Shown here piece by piece: positions 1 through 15,703 of a DNA stretch of 64,000 nt (position 1 is its first letter; the number at the start of each line of letters is the position of its first letter). Position numbers and translations under genes: made by a program. The notes beneath the pieces are model-generated. The model was not told the DNA's origin and made no database searches. It was given only the letters and a program-made list of their open reading frames with translations. The DNA comes from the human T2T-CHM13v2.0 reference genome, Homo sapiens. The stretch lies in the NCBI RefSeq assembly GCF_009914755.1, contig NC_060937.1; one strand, given 5' to 3'.

Positions 1-150
1 TGGGCTGAAAGCCTGACTTTGTTGAAGAAGATGGGCATCTGTGGCCCACTGGATGACAAAATTTGCAGAGGTCCTGCAGTCCAAACCTGCTGAGCAGGGA
101 ATGCCAACCAAGATGCCAGCTGTCCAGGCCTGGCAAGCCAAAAACTGTCA

Positions 151-297
151 CAGGGTTGTCCAGCAAAATTTGAATGTCAGACAAACAATGAATAAAAGTA
201 TAGTATAAATATGTCCCAAATGTTGCCAAAAAGTTTCTATGAAATTCAAATTGAGTGTAGTGACTTGTATCTTTATTTGGTAAATACAGCAATTCTA
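151..297. mobile_element. hAT-type MITE fossil (MER53-like)
   Basis: Starts CAGGGTTGTCCAG, then aaatttgaatgtcagacaaacaatgaataa...tatgtcccaaat and a partial inverted second half (gaaattcaaatt...); resembles the palindromic MER53 consensus as remembered. Confidence 0.55.
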
Positions 298-1349
298 CTA
301 TGCAATGATGTAAAACTGCCCAGAAGGTGTGCACCACTGGTTCTCCTACACACTACTAGCAAGGAAGCTGCTAGACTCTTTGTAATGCCATCTAATGATA
401 AGCATTGTACCAGGTATCAAAGAAAAAAAATGGCTGGGGGTGAAGCACTTCCAATAAAAACAGAAAAGGCCAGAAATGATAGATTTGGAGCTGAGAAACA
501 ATAAATTAGTAACTGGCATGAAAGATGTTCACTATAAATAGCTTAAAATATGACTTGATAAGTCATTTGAAAACAATATACAAGCAATATTTTAAAGCTT
601 CTTAAATCACCAATTTTATATTTGTATATTTAATTTTAAATCGAGTGAGCATTTGTTTTCTTTTCAGGGATTCTTACACATTATAGTATTATGCATTCAT
701 AATATTTGTCAAAAAAATGTATTTCAAAGTGATACTTTGAAATGATGGCTACAATCATTAGTGGCAGTGAATGAATTAAAGTCCTGTGTAGTGAGTCATT
801 TCTTCATAACTGCATAATTCATTGCTGTAGTTATATTTAAAAACTATCAAATTTGAGGGTTGATAAGCTGGAGAAATGAGCTAAACATAGTGTTTCTCTG
901 ATTATATGAGAGTGGTTTTTTTTCCTATGCGAGTGACATTTTGCAATGATGGAGTTTCAGTAAACTGCCATTAGATGCATTTTTCTGGAGTAGAAAAATA
1001 GTAACTGCTAATTTTGGTTGGATATGAAGGCCTACAATTATATTTTCTTCTACCCACAGAGCTATTTAAGATTTTTATGTTGTACAATGGTTTGTAGTAG
1101 CTTTTTAAATTTTTTTCAGGGATCTGAATGTCAAATCCATTGTGCAGTTCTGCTACACAGAGATATGATCAAGTTGTTTTTTTTTTTTTCTCACATAAGG
1201 TAAAAGAAAGCATTTGAGGATTTTATATCAGTGAACTTTAAGAAATGAATAAATTTGCATTTTATTTATGCAAACATAAATTTGGCATTTTGTAGACAAA
1301 ACATCTTGAGTGTCTTTGCGCATATGTGCTAAAAATAATTTTTTCAAAT

Positions 1350-2120
1350 AACCATGGCTGAGGATGGCTGTTATTAAGAGGAGAAGAAATAACAAGTGTT
1401 GACAAGGATGTGGAGAAAAGAGAACCATTGTACACTGTTGGTGGGAATGTAAATTGGTGCAGCCATTATGGAAAACAATATGGAGGGTTCTGAAAAATTA
1501 AAAATAGAACTATTATATGACCCAGCAACTCCTTTTCTGGTTATATGCCCAAAGGAAATAAATTCACCTCAAAGTGATATCTATACTTCCATGTTCACTG
1601 CACCATTATTTATGATAACTAAGATATGAAAACAACCTAAGTGCCCATTACAGATAAATAGATAAATTGTGGTACATATATTCAATGAAATATCATGCAG
1701 CCATAACAAAGGAGAGAAGTCATTTGCAACAACATGGATGAACCTGGAAGATATTATGGTAAGTGAAATAAGCCAATCAGAAAGATAAATACTGCATTAT
1801 ATTACTTATATGTAGGATCTTTTTTAAAAAGTTGAATATTTAGAAGAACTATGGTTACTGGGTATGGGGTGAGACAGAAAATGGGCAGATGTAAGTCACA
1901 GAGTACAAAGTTATAGTTATGTAGGATAAATAAGTCTTTTTATTGCATTTTGTATTAAAATTTTGCTGAGAAAGTAGATTTTAGGGCTCTTAACACACAA
2001 AATGGGGAGGGTAGTAAATATGGGAAATGAGGGTATGTTAATTTCCTTAACTATGATAACCATTTCACTATGTATGCGTACATCAAAACATCATGTTGTA
2101 TACCTTTATATGCAATAAAA
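1350..2120 (+). mobile_element. Old L1 (L1MA/L1MB-type) ORF2 end and 3' UTR
   Basis: aacaagtgttgacaaggatgtggagaaaagagaacc...tacactgttggtgggaatgtaaattggtgcagcc; gcaacaacatggatgaacctggaag; ends catcatgttgtatacc...aataaaa. Confidence 0.85.
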
Positions 2121-2699
2121 ATAGCCAAATATGTGGGAATGGAATTCTTGATGGGTAAAACATAAAGATAAAACTGAAAACTAGAGTGGCAAGAGAAAAC
2201 AGAGACTGTATCTATCTAATGGAGTGATGGTTTTGGATTGAGTGATACAGTCACAGTTACAAAAATTTTTGGTTTCAAAAGCAATACAGAAGGTAAGGCT
2301 ATGTCTTCATATAGTGAGCAGTTGGAACTCAGACTACTTTGCAGAGCTTGAACATTTAAAGAGTAACTTCATTGATTTGGACATTTAAAGGATACCACTA
2401 TTGTTGAATAAGTAGGTTAGAAAAAAAAATCAATATTGTGACATCTGGTAAACAACAAATTTGTTTATCTTTGATTAACCTTGATGTGAAGATAAAAATA
2501 ATCTTTCCTGAGAATTAATAAATATTTATATGACCTTACATGAGTTTGAACATGTAAGTCTTACATGATTCAAAAACACTCAAACCAGAAAACATAACAT
2601 ACAAAGTTGGCTGGGGTGGGGTTAAAAGTGATAGAAACAGTACTAAGTGTTCTACAGGGTCAATATTCACTTCAAATTAGAGAAGATTCTAGTGTCTTT

Positions 2700-3760
2700 A
2701 GAGATAAATTTACACTGAATGTGCACTATAACCTAAAGTAACAAAACACTTGTGCAAACAATCTGGCATGAGCAAGATTTTACAAACACAAAAAAATAAG
2801 AATTTTATGTAATGAAATCATTAGAAAACAGATTTTAAAATGGTGAATAAGATGATTAAGACATAAAAACATTTTTGAAATGAATAAGCAGGGCTGAAAG
2901 TAAATAAAATTGAACTTCTGTAAATAAAATATATACTAAAAAGTTGGATTGATCAAATAAGAAATTAGATAAAGATGAGTAAAGGATGAGTGAGGTAGAA
3001 GATATAGCTGGGAAATTATCGAAAATAAAAACATAGAGACCCAAAGAAATCAAATATATGACAGAAAAATTAAAAGACATGAGAAACAAAACAATAAAGT
3101 TCAATATATATCTAGTAGAAGTTCAAAAAGGAGAGACCATAATAAAATAGAGGGAAGGAGTAAAACTCTGAGTCTACAAATTTGAGAATAAACATATGTA
3201 TGTTTAAGCCTACCTATATAAATTTTTAAATAAATGACAGTGTATTAGAACCCATAAAATGGCTCTCTACACATAGCCAAGTATCATTCAGAACACATTT
3301 CCTAATCAAAATGTAAATATGTTATTTCATATTAAAATATTACTTATATAAGCCCTATACATGCTGAAGTTTGAAAATGAATATATAAATGTCTTCCAAG
3401 TAAAATACTATTAATAAATCATACAAATAAAAATTTAGAATTTATTTGTACTCAAAATTCTACTTCTCGAAAAGTATTATTTAGAGGAAAAAATTTAGTT
3501 CCATAAGCTTAAATTAAGTGAAAGATGACGGAAAACTAATAAGGTTCAACTATAATATGAGAAGGTTAAAAAAAAAAAAAGTGTAGAACTATCCCAAAAA
3601 AGTATATGTAAGGAATTAATGAACATAAGATCAGAATAGAAAACAAAACTATAAAAATTGTTGGCCAATGAAGCAAAAATGTTTATTTTTTGGAAAGACT
3701 TAAAAGGTGCAGAGACAAAAAGATTGAAAGATTAAAAAACACAAAAATCAATGCTAGTAT
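2700..3760 (+). mobile_element. Highly decayed L1M ORF1/ORF2 fragments
   Basis: A-rich strand bias and ORF1-end-like text (aaagacatgag...aagttcaatatatatctagtagaagttcaaaaaggagag). Boundaries approximate. Confidence 0.45.
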
Positions 3761-3921
3761 TTAAATCTAAAAATGTACTTCTTTATATTTTAACATCTCT
3801 GAAATCGTAGTGTATTATAATCAGTAACACATCATACTTCAATTGGTAAACTTGTTCTTTTCTTTTGTTGTTGCCTTAAAGCTAAATAAATTTGTTGTGA
3901 ATCTTATAAATTATTAAATAA

Positions 3922-4261
<340 letters not shown>

Positions 4262-5062
4262 TTGTCAATACATTTGGAAACTTAGAAAAGATTGAGCTTT
4301 TCACAAAATTGTAACTTATTACAAAAGAAAAAAAATAGACATATTAGGTTATGTCTATAGACCTGGCTTCCCTTAGAATCAGACATAGGGCTTACATATG
4401 GTACTTGTGGAAATGGGATTCCATGGAAAAGTAAAGGACAAGTGGAATAAATTGGAAGAAGAGGGACAACAAATACAAGGCCTCACCAAACTGTCTTCAA
4501 CTGTAGGTAAATATTGCTATATCTAAGGAGATATTTAAGAACTCTCCACCAAGAAAAAGGAAAGCATATATTCTTCCGTTCTCTTTTCTCATAGGTCAAG
4601 TAGCCCTAGCATCATTAATTGCTCTGCACTTCTAGGTTGTATGTGCAAGAGTAAAGAGTGACTCTGAAGGAGGTCCCATGGTAGAAAATGACAGGTGCAT
4701 TAAGTGGTGAGGTGATAGGTTTCCCAATTGTCCCTTCATAAAGCAAATCAACATCTACATAGAATTGGTCACCACAACATTGGCTGGAATAATAGTTCAA
4801 GAGAATTTTAAAGTACTGTACAAGAGATAGCCAAATTAAGAGTGTGTGTGTGTGTTTGTACAACCAAAACATGTCTAGATAACCTGTTAATTAAAATTTT
4901 ATATAATTTATTTCAATATGCAGAAAAACTCAACTTACAAAGCTTAAAACATCCTGATAAGCTCTTAAGAGCTTAAGAGTAACTTTACTGTACTTAAATT
5001 AATTGAGCTTTTACACATAGCAATTTTGCCACCAGCTTTCTTCTTTTTGTTCAATTTTAAAT

Positions 5063-6129
<1,067 letters not shown>

Positions 6130-6130
6130 A

Positions 6131-6131
6131 G

Positions 6132-6169
<38 letters not shown>

Positions 6170-6362
6170 ATATATAATGTATATATATATATATGTGTGT
6201 ATGTGTGTGTATATATAATGTGTGTATATGTGTGTGTGTGTATATATACATATATATGTATATATGTATGTATATATGTATATGTATATGTATATATGTA
6301 TGTATATATGTATATATGTATGTGTGTATATATACACATATATACATATATATATATATATA
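6131..6362. repeat. Compound (TA)n/(TG)n/(CA)n microsatellite
   Basis: About 230 bp of alternating purine-pyrimidine dinucleotide repeats, read directly. Confidence 0.95.
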
Positions 6363-6460
6363 AAAAACAGGACAATATCTCTAATACACATGGATGCAAA
6401 ACCCTCAAAAAACTGAATTCAGCAGCTTGCTAAAAATATCATTCACCAAGATCAGAGCTG

Positions 6461-9400
6461 AATCAGAGCTGAACTGAAAGAAAATTGAGATGCAAAATAA
6501 ATAAAGACCAACAAATCTAATAATTTCTTCTTTGAAAGAATTAATAAGATCAATAGACCTCTAGTTAGACTAACAATGAAAAAGATAGAGAAGATCCAAA
6601 TAAACACAATCAAAAATGACAAAGGGGACATTCACACCAAACTTGCAGAAGTACAAACAACCCCCAGAGACTACTTTGAACACTTTTGTGTATACAAACT
6701 AGAAAACCTAGAAGAAATGGATAAATTACTGGAAATATAAAACCTTCCAATATTGAACCAGGAAGAAATTGAAATCTTGAACAGGTCAATATGAGTTCTG
6801 AAATTGAATCAGTAATAAAAAACTTACCAAACAGAAAAAGCCCGGGAGGAGATGGATTCACAGCCAAATTGTACCAGACATATAAAGAAGAGTAACAATA
6901 CTACTAAATTATTCCAAAAACTCAAGGAGGGGAGACTCCTCCTTTACTCATTCTGTGAGGCCAGCATTATTTTGATACAAGAGAAACAATAAAACATGAA
7001 ACAGAGAAACATAAAAAATGGCAGAGAAACAATAAAAAATGAAAACTTCAGGCCAGTATCTCTGGTGACACAGACAAAAACATCCTCAACAAAATACTAG
7101 CATTCAAATCCAATAACACATTAAAAAGCTAATCTACCACAATCAAGTAGACTTTATTACTGGGATTCAAGGTTGGTTCAACATATGCAAATCCATAAAT
7201 ATGATTCATCACATGATCATAGCTAAAAACAAAAACCAAATGATCATCTTAATAGAACAAGCTTTCAATAAAATTCAACATCCCTTCATATACTATACCA
7301 TTAACAAACTAGGCATCAAAGGGACATATCTCAAAATAACAAATGCAATCTATGACAAAATCATAGCCAATATCATGCTGAATGGGCAAAAGTTGGAAGC
7401 ATCTCTCTTGAGAAACAGATCAGAACAAAGATGCCCATTCTTACCACTCCTACCCAACATAGTAAGTAATAGACAGAGCAACTGGACAAGAAAAAGGAAT
7501 AAAAGACATCCAAATAGGAAGAGAGGAAGTCAAACGATCTCTGTTTGCAGATGACATAATTCTATATCTAGAAAACCCCATAGTCTCTGTCAAACGGCTT
7601 CTAGAACTGACAAACAACTTTAGGATATTTCAAGATACAAATCAATGTATAAAAATCAGTTGCATTTCTATACAAAAACAACATCCAAATTGAGAGCCAG
7701 ATCAAGAAGGCAATCCCATTCACAATAACCACAAGATGAATAAAATTCCTAGGGATACAGGTAACCAAGGAGGTGAAAGAACTATACAAGAAATCAGAGA
7801 TGACCAATGGAAATGGAAAAACATTTCGTGTTCATGGATAGGAACAATTAATACTGTTAAAATGGCTATACAGCTCAAAGTAATTTACAGATTTAGTGCT
7901 ATTCCTATCCAACTACCAAAATCATTTTTACAGGATTAGAAAAAAGCTATTCCAAATGTATGTGGAACCAAAAAAGAGCCTGAATAGCCAAAGCGACCCT
8001 AAGTAAATAGAACAAAGCTGGAGGCAGCACACTACCTGACTTCAAACTATACCACAGGACTACGGTAACCAAAACAGCATCATACTGGTTGAAAGACATA
8101 TAGACTAATGGAACAGAATAGAGAGCACAGAAATAATGCCATGCACCTACAACCATCTGAACTTTGACAAAGTCAACAATAACAAACAGTTACTGTTAAT
8201 GTACCCTCAGCCCTAAAACAAAAATTGGAAAAGAAAAAAATAAAAGATAAAAACTAATTTAAATATATTCTCAACATTTAACTCTCTATATAATCTCATA
8301 TTCATGCACATATTCATGTATATCTGTGTACAGAGTTTTATGGATGGAAAAATGAGAAGGGTATTGCTACAGATATCAAAACATATTTTACATTAGGAAA
8401 AAGTGGTATAAATACTATTTAATAAATGATGCTGGGTTAACTGGCTAATTATATGCAGATGATTGAAACTAGATATCTTCCTTTCACTATATACCAAAAG
8501 CAACTCAGGATGGATTAAATGCTTAAATGTAAAGACCTAAAACTAAAACTGAAAAAAAAAAAAGAAAGAAAAGAAAAAACCTAGGAAGTGAAAAACCTAG
8601 GAAATACCATTGTACCATTGTGAACATAGGCCTTGGCAAAAATTTCATGAAAGACTCCAAAAGAAATTACAACAAAAACAAATATAAGCAAGTAGGACCT
8701 AATTAAACTAAAAAGCTTCTGCACAGCAAAAGAAACTACCAACAGAGTAAACTGAAAATCTATAGAATGAGAGAAAATGTTGCAAACTATGCAGCTGACA
8801 AAGGGCTAGTATGCATAATCTATAAGGAACCTACATCAACAAGCAAACAACAAACAATCCTATGAAAAAATGGCGAAGGACATCAACAGGCACTTCTCAA
8901 AAGAAGAAACATACATGTAGCCAACAAGCATATGAGAAAATGTTCAGCATCAAAAATCTTTAGAGAAATGCAAATCAAAACCATAATGAGATACGATCTC
9001 ACCAGACTGAATGGCTATTACTAAAAAGTCAGAAAATAACAGATGTTGGAGAAGTTCATACACTGCTGGTGGGAATGTAAATTAGTTCAGCCACTGTGGT
9101 AAGCAGTCTGAAGATTTCTCAAGTAACTTAAAACTGCCAATTGACTCAGCAATCCCATTACTAGATATATGCCCGAAGGAATATAAATTGTTCTACCAAA
9201 AATACACTTGTCCACATATGTTTATCACAGCACTATTTGTAATAGCAAAGACATGGAATCAACCTAGATGCCCATCAATGGTGGACTGAATAAAGAAAAC
9301 ATCATACATGTATACAGCAGAATGATACACAGGCATAAAAAAGAATGAAATCATGACCTTTGCAGCAACATGGATGGAGCTGGAGGGCATAATCCTAACC

Positions 9401-9705
9401 CAATTAACACAGGAACAGAAAACCAAATACTGGATGCTCTTACTTGTAAATGACAGCTAAGCATTGAGTACACATGGAAACAAAGAGGGGAACAACATAC
9501 ACCAAGGCCTACTTGAGAGTAGAAGGTGGGAGGAGGGTAAGGGTTGAAAAACTACCTATCAGTACTATGCTCACTACCTGGAGGAGGAAATCATTAGCAC
9601 ACTAAACTCTAGTGTCACCCAATTTACTCATATAACAAACATGCAAATGTACCCCCTGAACCTAAAATACATAAAAGTTGGAAAATAAAAAAATAAAAAT
9701 AAAAG
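6461..9705 (+). mobile_element. 5'-truncated L1 (L1PA15/16-like), decayed ORF2 and 3' UTR
   Basis: ORF2 remnants (ORF 7201-7554 AFNKIQHPF...KLGIKGTYL; 7736-7939 [10 protein letters not shown]); 3' UTR aaactacctatcagtactatgctcactacctgg...atgtaccccctgaacctaaaat and A-rich tail at ~9682-9705. Confidence 0.9.
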
Positions 9706-9904
9706 ATAAAAACTAATTTACATATATTCCCAACACTTTACTGCACTCTATATATAGTCTCATATTCATGCAAATATTCATGTATATCTGTGTATACAGT
9801 TTTATGAATGGAAAAATGAAAAAGATACTGCTAAAGATATCAAACCATATTTTATATTAGTAAAAATAATATTTTTGGACAATACTATGCTAAGCATAAT
9901 AATA

Positions 9905-10105
9905 CATGCTATGTGCTTTTTGTGGATCACCTCATTTAATTCTGAATCCTATGGAGTAGAGATTATTATAACACTTATTTTAATAGATGAGGATACTAGC
10001 GGTTACCAAAGTTTAGGAACTTGTCAAAAATCACCAGCTTGTGAGTGGCAGAGCTGTAATTCAAACTCGGGTTTCCAGACTCTTGAACTCTTCAGTCCTA
10101 CGCCA
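9905..10105 (-). mobile_element. MIR SINE
   Basis: Core-like text: ctcatttaattc...attttaatagatgaggatact...aacttgtcaaaaatcaccagcttgtgagtggcagagctgtaattcaaactc. Confidence 0.7.
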
Positions 10106-12474
10106 TCCAGATCTCCTGACTTCCTTGCTGAATTTATTACTGTATATTCTGGGAGCTATTGCTTTGTATATTTTCCCAAATATACACAGAGAGGCAAAGA
10201 TGGCATCATTTTTGCTACTGATCTTTATCCAGGCTCCTGGATCTACTTCTTCCCTGGCCATAAAAATCTGGTTCGCCAGGGAGGTATACGCATTCATAAG
10301 ATGAAGTTTCTAAGAAATAAAATTCAAGTTGTAAATTTTTCTTAGTTGAAATCATGGAAAACACATATATTAAAATGAAGAATATAACATTATTTTATAT
10401 TTCATCCTCCCATTTCTTTTATAGCCCTCATTTTAATGTTTTAAATAATCCTTTCGTCTCCAGTCTGACCCACCTAGTAGGTTCTAACTTCCTGATTATA
10501 GACCTTTTATGCTTTGTTTATTGTTGTCAGTGGTCTACAGGAGGCACTTAATAACAATTGCTTGCTCTAGAATCTGAGCTCAGGCAACTCTGAACAGTCT
10601 TTCAGAGAGAGAGAATGAATATCTGAAAATTAAATACAGAATTAAAGAGGAGCCATTTCCATGAGATCAAAGAGCAGTGCAAAGGAAGAATGAGCTGCTC
10701 CAACAGCTCCCCAAGGCCCTCTGCTGTCTTTTATGCTAATACATTCTAAATGTATCTTCCTGATCTGGTTGGATTTTCTCTTCTCAGAAAGGTCCCCCTT
10801 GATGTTCATATGACACTCTCTTTGTCTATGTCCTTGGTGGGGGTCAGGGGGAAACTGATATCTAAAAGACTGTGTACTGTCTGGGACTGGAATTGTTGAT
10901 AGGATAACATCAAGAATGCCAATTAAGTTTGGAGATTAGGTTCTGTGATACCTCTCTCTCTCTCTCTATCTCTCTTTCTCTCTCCTTTTGTCCTACTGAG
11001 TATACCAAGGAACCTGAGTTGTGGGACGCCCAACAGTAACCATCCACAAATGTGTTCCAGGTTGGAAAAAAAGTATATCTATACATATATACACAGATGT
11101 TTATGTAAATTTTTTTACCACAAAAATGGTTTGCACACATTTTCACTACTCAAACACCTGAATAGCTTTTGGATATTTTCCTTCTTTAAGTACATTTCGT
11201 TTCTAATACCCACTATGCATTTAGCAGGACATTGAACAGAAAAGTAAATGAAACACTGCAAACACAAATACCCCTAAAGAAATCTTAAAGACATTTAACA
11301 TTGTTAATATAAATGTGATGCCGTGTTTGTATATAAAGCATAATGTTAAGCATCTCCAGCATGTGGCACAGCTCAGGTTTTCTGAAGAAAAACCTATCTA
11401 CCAAAAGATAACTGGATATTTGTAAAGTTTTACTTTGCTGTTATCCAGAGGAGTAAAAGAAAAAGGGAGCAAACCATTTATCAAGAACCACTTATATGCC
11501 ACACACTTTGCTTGCCACTCTAGGAGTTTTATTTAAGTGAACATTAACAGTAATCTTATAATATTAAATTTAAAAACTGTCCCTAAAAGGGAGGGTGAAA
11601 CATGTCCCTTGTCAAAAAGTTAATAAGAAGCCAAGCCAGGATGTAAATTCAGGCCTTTTTCTGATTCCAACATCTGGATGTTTTTCATTTCATCATGATT
11701 CTTTCCAAAATTTTTCTACCAAAGTATTTATTCTAGAGCTATGTATTTACCCAGTCATACTCTAAAGAGAGATTTATAAGCTCTTTCGGAAACAAGTTGA
11801 TCTTTTTTTGAGAAGCCACAAAATGTGTGCGTTGAAGTGGAGGGATGAGAATCAGACTTCAAATTATTCATATCTTTCTATGCCAAGGAATAAAGACGAT
11901 ATTAATTCTATCACAACAATTCTGTCAACTTAATCCTTACAGATGTTAAATAACTCAAACTGAATAAATCTCTTTCACTGTTGACTCTGTCACAAAATAA
12001 ATAGAAGTACTAAAAGTGAAATGATTATGGGAAGCCTTAGTATTGCTTTAAAATTAATATGTTTACAACTATAAAACCATTTTCAGCCAAATACAGATTA
12101 TATATAACTCTGACATTATCCCCTAAAAAATAAGAAAATTAAAAAGTTCTGTAACAAGATGGGAAAGTATGATTAACTAAGACCAATTTTGAAAAATACG
12201 CCGGAAAAAGAATGCAATAAATCAGTTTGCCAATAAAGAAAGGTAATGGAAAATAACAAAGTTGCCTACATATCCTTTAAATATCATTGATCCACTCCCA
12301 AGCTCAACACATTGGCTGTTCCAGACCTTTATTGCACTCCTCCACTCCCTCGTATTTCTCTTTCTCCTTTGCTTACAGGAGAACTTCCCCGATTGCCTAA
12401 AACTTCATGTAGTAAGTAGAAACAATGTGATGGAGAACTCACTCAATTTCCTATATTATTACTTATACATACAG

Positions 12475-12477
<3 letters not shown>

Positions 12478-12513
<36 letters not shown>

Positions 12514-12522
12514 CACACACAC
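12478..12522. repeat. (CA)n microsatellite
   Basis: Direct reading. Confidence 0.95.
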
Positions 12523-13409
12523 TGATATTCTTATATCCTATATCAGAAAAAAATTATTTCATATAATGCCAGTTAGCCAAATACATCCAACTGTGCCATT
12601 CTCAAGACACTGAACCCAAAAACTAATCCCCTGCCTTTATTTTGACTCTTTTTATTCCTCATAAAAACTTGCTGTCGAACAGCTTCTCAAGTCAACTTAA
12701 AAATAACAGCCCATAACAATAAAAACAAAATATTCCCCTTGATTTGAATTATTGTCTTCCTTCCATCTCAGTCCTGGAAGCAAAACAAGATGTCTGTATC
12801 TGTTGTCTACTTTTTTTTTTTTGTATATCTTTCCCTTCTCTTTTCTTTTCTCATTTGTCATTCACCCATCTTGCATTAAGTTTATATCATCATCTCTATT
12901 CGACGTTGAGGATACAGAGACAAACAGGTAATGGTTCCTGCTGTCAAAGGGCTGGCTCACTTATAATGTAACAGAAAGAGAGCAATAAGTGTAGATTAAT
13001 GGGTTCAATTAAATATTATAGTGCAATGGGACAAAATGAGAATGCACTACTCTACGTCAGTGGGCCAAAAAAAAAAAATTAAAAGACAGGAAAAGGGCCT
13101 TGAAAAAAAATGAGTACATATTTAGCTCTTGAAGGGAATCAGAACATACAATAGAAGGGAAATCAAGGTAGAAAGAGAAGCAAAAACAAAGTCAATGATA
13201 CGAAAGAGCTTTGGATGTTTGAAAGCCTTCAAGCCATTATACATGGCATAAAGATGGGAGGTAAGGGTTAGAGATGGGGGGACGTCAAAGAGATAAAGCT
13301 AAAGGGGTAAGCATAGATTAGAGATGAAAGCATCTTCTGTATTACGTTGAGTTTAGAATATATTATAAAGAAAATAAGAAATGACTTAGTAATGAAAATC
13401 CTGGGTAAA

Positions 13410-13850
13410 TGTTTCAATAGGTTTGCTATATAACAAACCACTCCAACACTTAGTGACTTAAGAAATGCTTATGTCAGTTGGACTGTTCTGATCTGGTCTG
13501 ATTCAGCTGATCTCTCTATAGTCAGCTAGTGCTTCAACTGGGATTAGATGGCCCCACACATATGTCTGATGGTAGGCTTGATGGCAGCTCAGATAATAGG
13601 ATGACTTGGCCATGTGTCTCTTACCATCCAAGAGACTATCTCAAGCTTTTTTACATGATAGGAATCTCAGAATAGCAAGAGCAGACAAGCCCCAATGAAA
13701 AAGTATTTCTTAAGTCTCTGCTTATATTACATTGGTATTGCTCCATTAGCCAAGTTAATTCACATAAAGAAGGACAGAATCTGTGTAGGAATAAATTACC
13801 TAAGAGCATGGATACAAGTGTAGACATAGTTGTAGTCATTTATTGTGAAC
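13410..13850 (-). mobile_element. Old MaLR LTR (MLT1J/K/L-like)
   Basis: ataacaaaccactccaacacttagtgacttaa...gacttggccatgtgtctc...ccattagccaagttaattcacat, typical of old antisense MLT1. Confidence 0.55.
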
Positions 13851-13994
13851 AAAGACCAGAGCAAGGAACCAGAACTTTATAGCATAGAATATATTTATAG
13901 CATAGAATATAATGTGTTATTTACAAATTGTTTATAACCAACTGATTGACCAGAATCACATCTTATTGTATCTTTTGTCCCCTGCAGGCATGCA

Positions 13995-14580
13995 ATCTGC
14001 CCTTAACAGTTGTGAGTCTTAAAGCCAGAGTACAAATGGAGATTTATATAACATATGTCTAAATATTTAAAACTTACCAATTAAGCTAACAAAATGTTAA
14101 ATACACCACAGACTAGTCTTCTACTTTGACAACTATAAGTTCATAATGACCTGAAAGGCTAACTTCAAATTTTTTGGACCCCTTGTAGTTTCTTGCTGGA
14201 ATGTGGATGCCAAGGAGGGCTGGTCCACAGCATCCACCACTATGCTTTTCCCTCCAGCTCCAGCGCTGTGAGAAGCTTCATACCCATACATTCGTTAAGC
14301 ACAGTCCAACATGTCCAACTTCCTTATTCATCTCCAAAAGGCAAAAACTCACATGCTGGGCCTCAGGTGGTGCATAACTACGATGTGCTTTTCCTCTATT
14401 GGATCAGGATGGAGCAGAGAATTTGCAAGTCCTGGAAATGGATGTGGAGCCATTTCGACAGGGAATTTGGAATCTAGAAAATAATCTAGAAGTTGGGGTG
14501 TGGCTCTGACCATGTAGATTTCCTGCCCCTTGAACAGGGGTGCCACTGGAGAGCACAGGACTAAGATAGAGAACCTCTTG
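13995..14580. mobile_element. Probable hAT-Tip100-type DNA transposon fossil
   Basis: agagtacaaatggag...catatgtctaaatatttaaaa...aagctaacaaaatgttaaata...ttcataatgacctgaaagg resembles a remembered MER consensus; family uncertain. Confidence 0.35.
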
Positions 14581-14671
14581 TCATAGTTTATTGGTGGTTA
14601 TTTCAGGTGAGAACATAGGAATAAAGATAGGTTCTTTTTCTTTACTTTGGTATCTACTTCTATAAAGAGCT

Positions 14672-14910
14672 ACATGGACACAGGGAGGGGAACATCACAC
14701 ATCAGGGCCTGTCAGGGTTGAGGGGCAAGGGGAGGGATAGCATTCTGAGAAATAACTAATGCATATGGGGCTTAAAACCTAGATGATGGGTTGATGGGTG
14801 CAGCAAACCACCATGGCACATGTATACCTATGTAACAAACCTGCATGTTCTGCACATGTGTCCCAGAACTTAAAGTATAATTAAAAAAAAAAAAAGAAAA
14901 GAAAAAAAAA
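14672..14910 (+). mobile_element. Short 5'-truncated L1PA7/8-like 3' end
   Basis: catggacacagggaggggaacatcacac...ggggcttaaaacctagatgatgggttgatgggtgcagcaaacc...cttaaagtataat plus poly-A; TSD aaagagct at 14664-14671 and 14908-14915. Confidence 0.9.
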
Positions 14911-15552
14911 GAGCTGAATCAGAACTGAAAATCAGAAAACCTGGGTAAGGGGCTCTCTGATGAATTTCTATGTAAACAATTTAAAAAGAATACAAATAAA
15001 AATTCAAAAACACAGAAAAAGGAAGCAATTTCAGTAGTCATGATACCACAGACAGAACGTGAACCAATCACTATCACCTTCTTTTCTTTACATGTTAATC
15101 ACTGCAAAATCTTGCTTTTCTACCAGATCCTCTACTTAAATTGCTCTGGCATCAAAACCAATAGATATTTCTCAGGACTTACCTTACTGACAATATTTGT
15201 GGTCCAACAGCAGTCTTTTCTATCTTTTTGCAACAGTGAGCATATGACCCAGGCCAGACAGTAGAAATATGTCATCCTCTTTGAGTCGTCATGTGATCTA
15301 AGTAGGACCAAACAGAGTCTTCCTTCAGAATGTATATGGATGCTGGAGGAAAGAGAGAAATATATCCTTCCCCTGTTCTCCCCAGGAATAAAAGATCAGC
15401 CTAGATCTTCTAAGAAAAAAGGAGCAGAAGAGAGAGGGAGACAGGGAGAGAAAACATAAACTCGCCATGAATGAACCAGTTAGCCATTATACCAGATTTC
15501 TCTTTAATATGAAAAATAAATTATTAATGCAGATATTTGTTGGTTTTTAAAA

Positions 15553-15703
15553 ATTTTATTATTATTATACTTTAAGTTTTAGGGTACATGTGCACAATGT
15601 GCAGGTTTGTTACATATGTATACATGTGCCATGTTGGTGTGCTGCACCCATTAACTCGTCATTTAGCATTAGGTATATCTCCTAATGCTAGCATTAGGAG
15701 ATA
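15553..15703 (-). mobile_element. Very short L1PA (PA3-5-like) 3' end with fold-back junction
   Basis: ttattatactttaagttttagggtacatgtgcacaatgtgcagg...cccattaactcgtcatttagcattagg; degenerate TSD tatttgttg at 15534 and 15705. Confidence 0.9.

Noticed and set aside
9875-10345. 156-aa ORF
   Set aside because: Non-ATG start, the first half is MIR sequence, and there is no recognisable domain.
13875-13912. Short tandem duplications here and at ~31004-31033 and ~54409-54440
   Set aside because: Ordinary 15-18-bp slippage events with no further structure.
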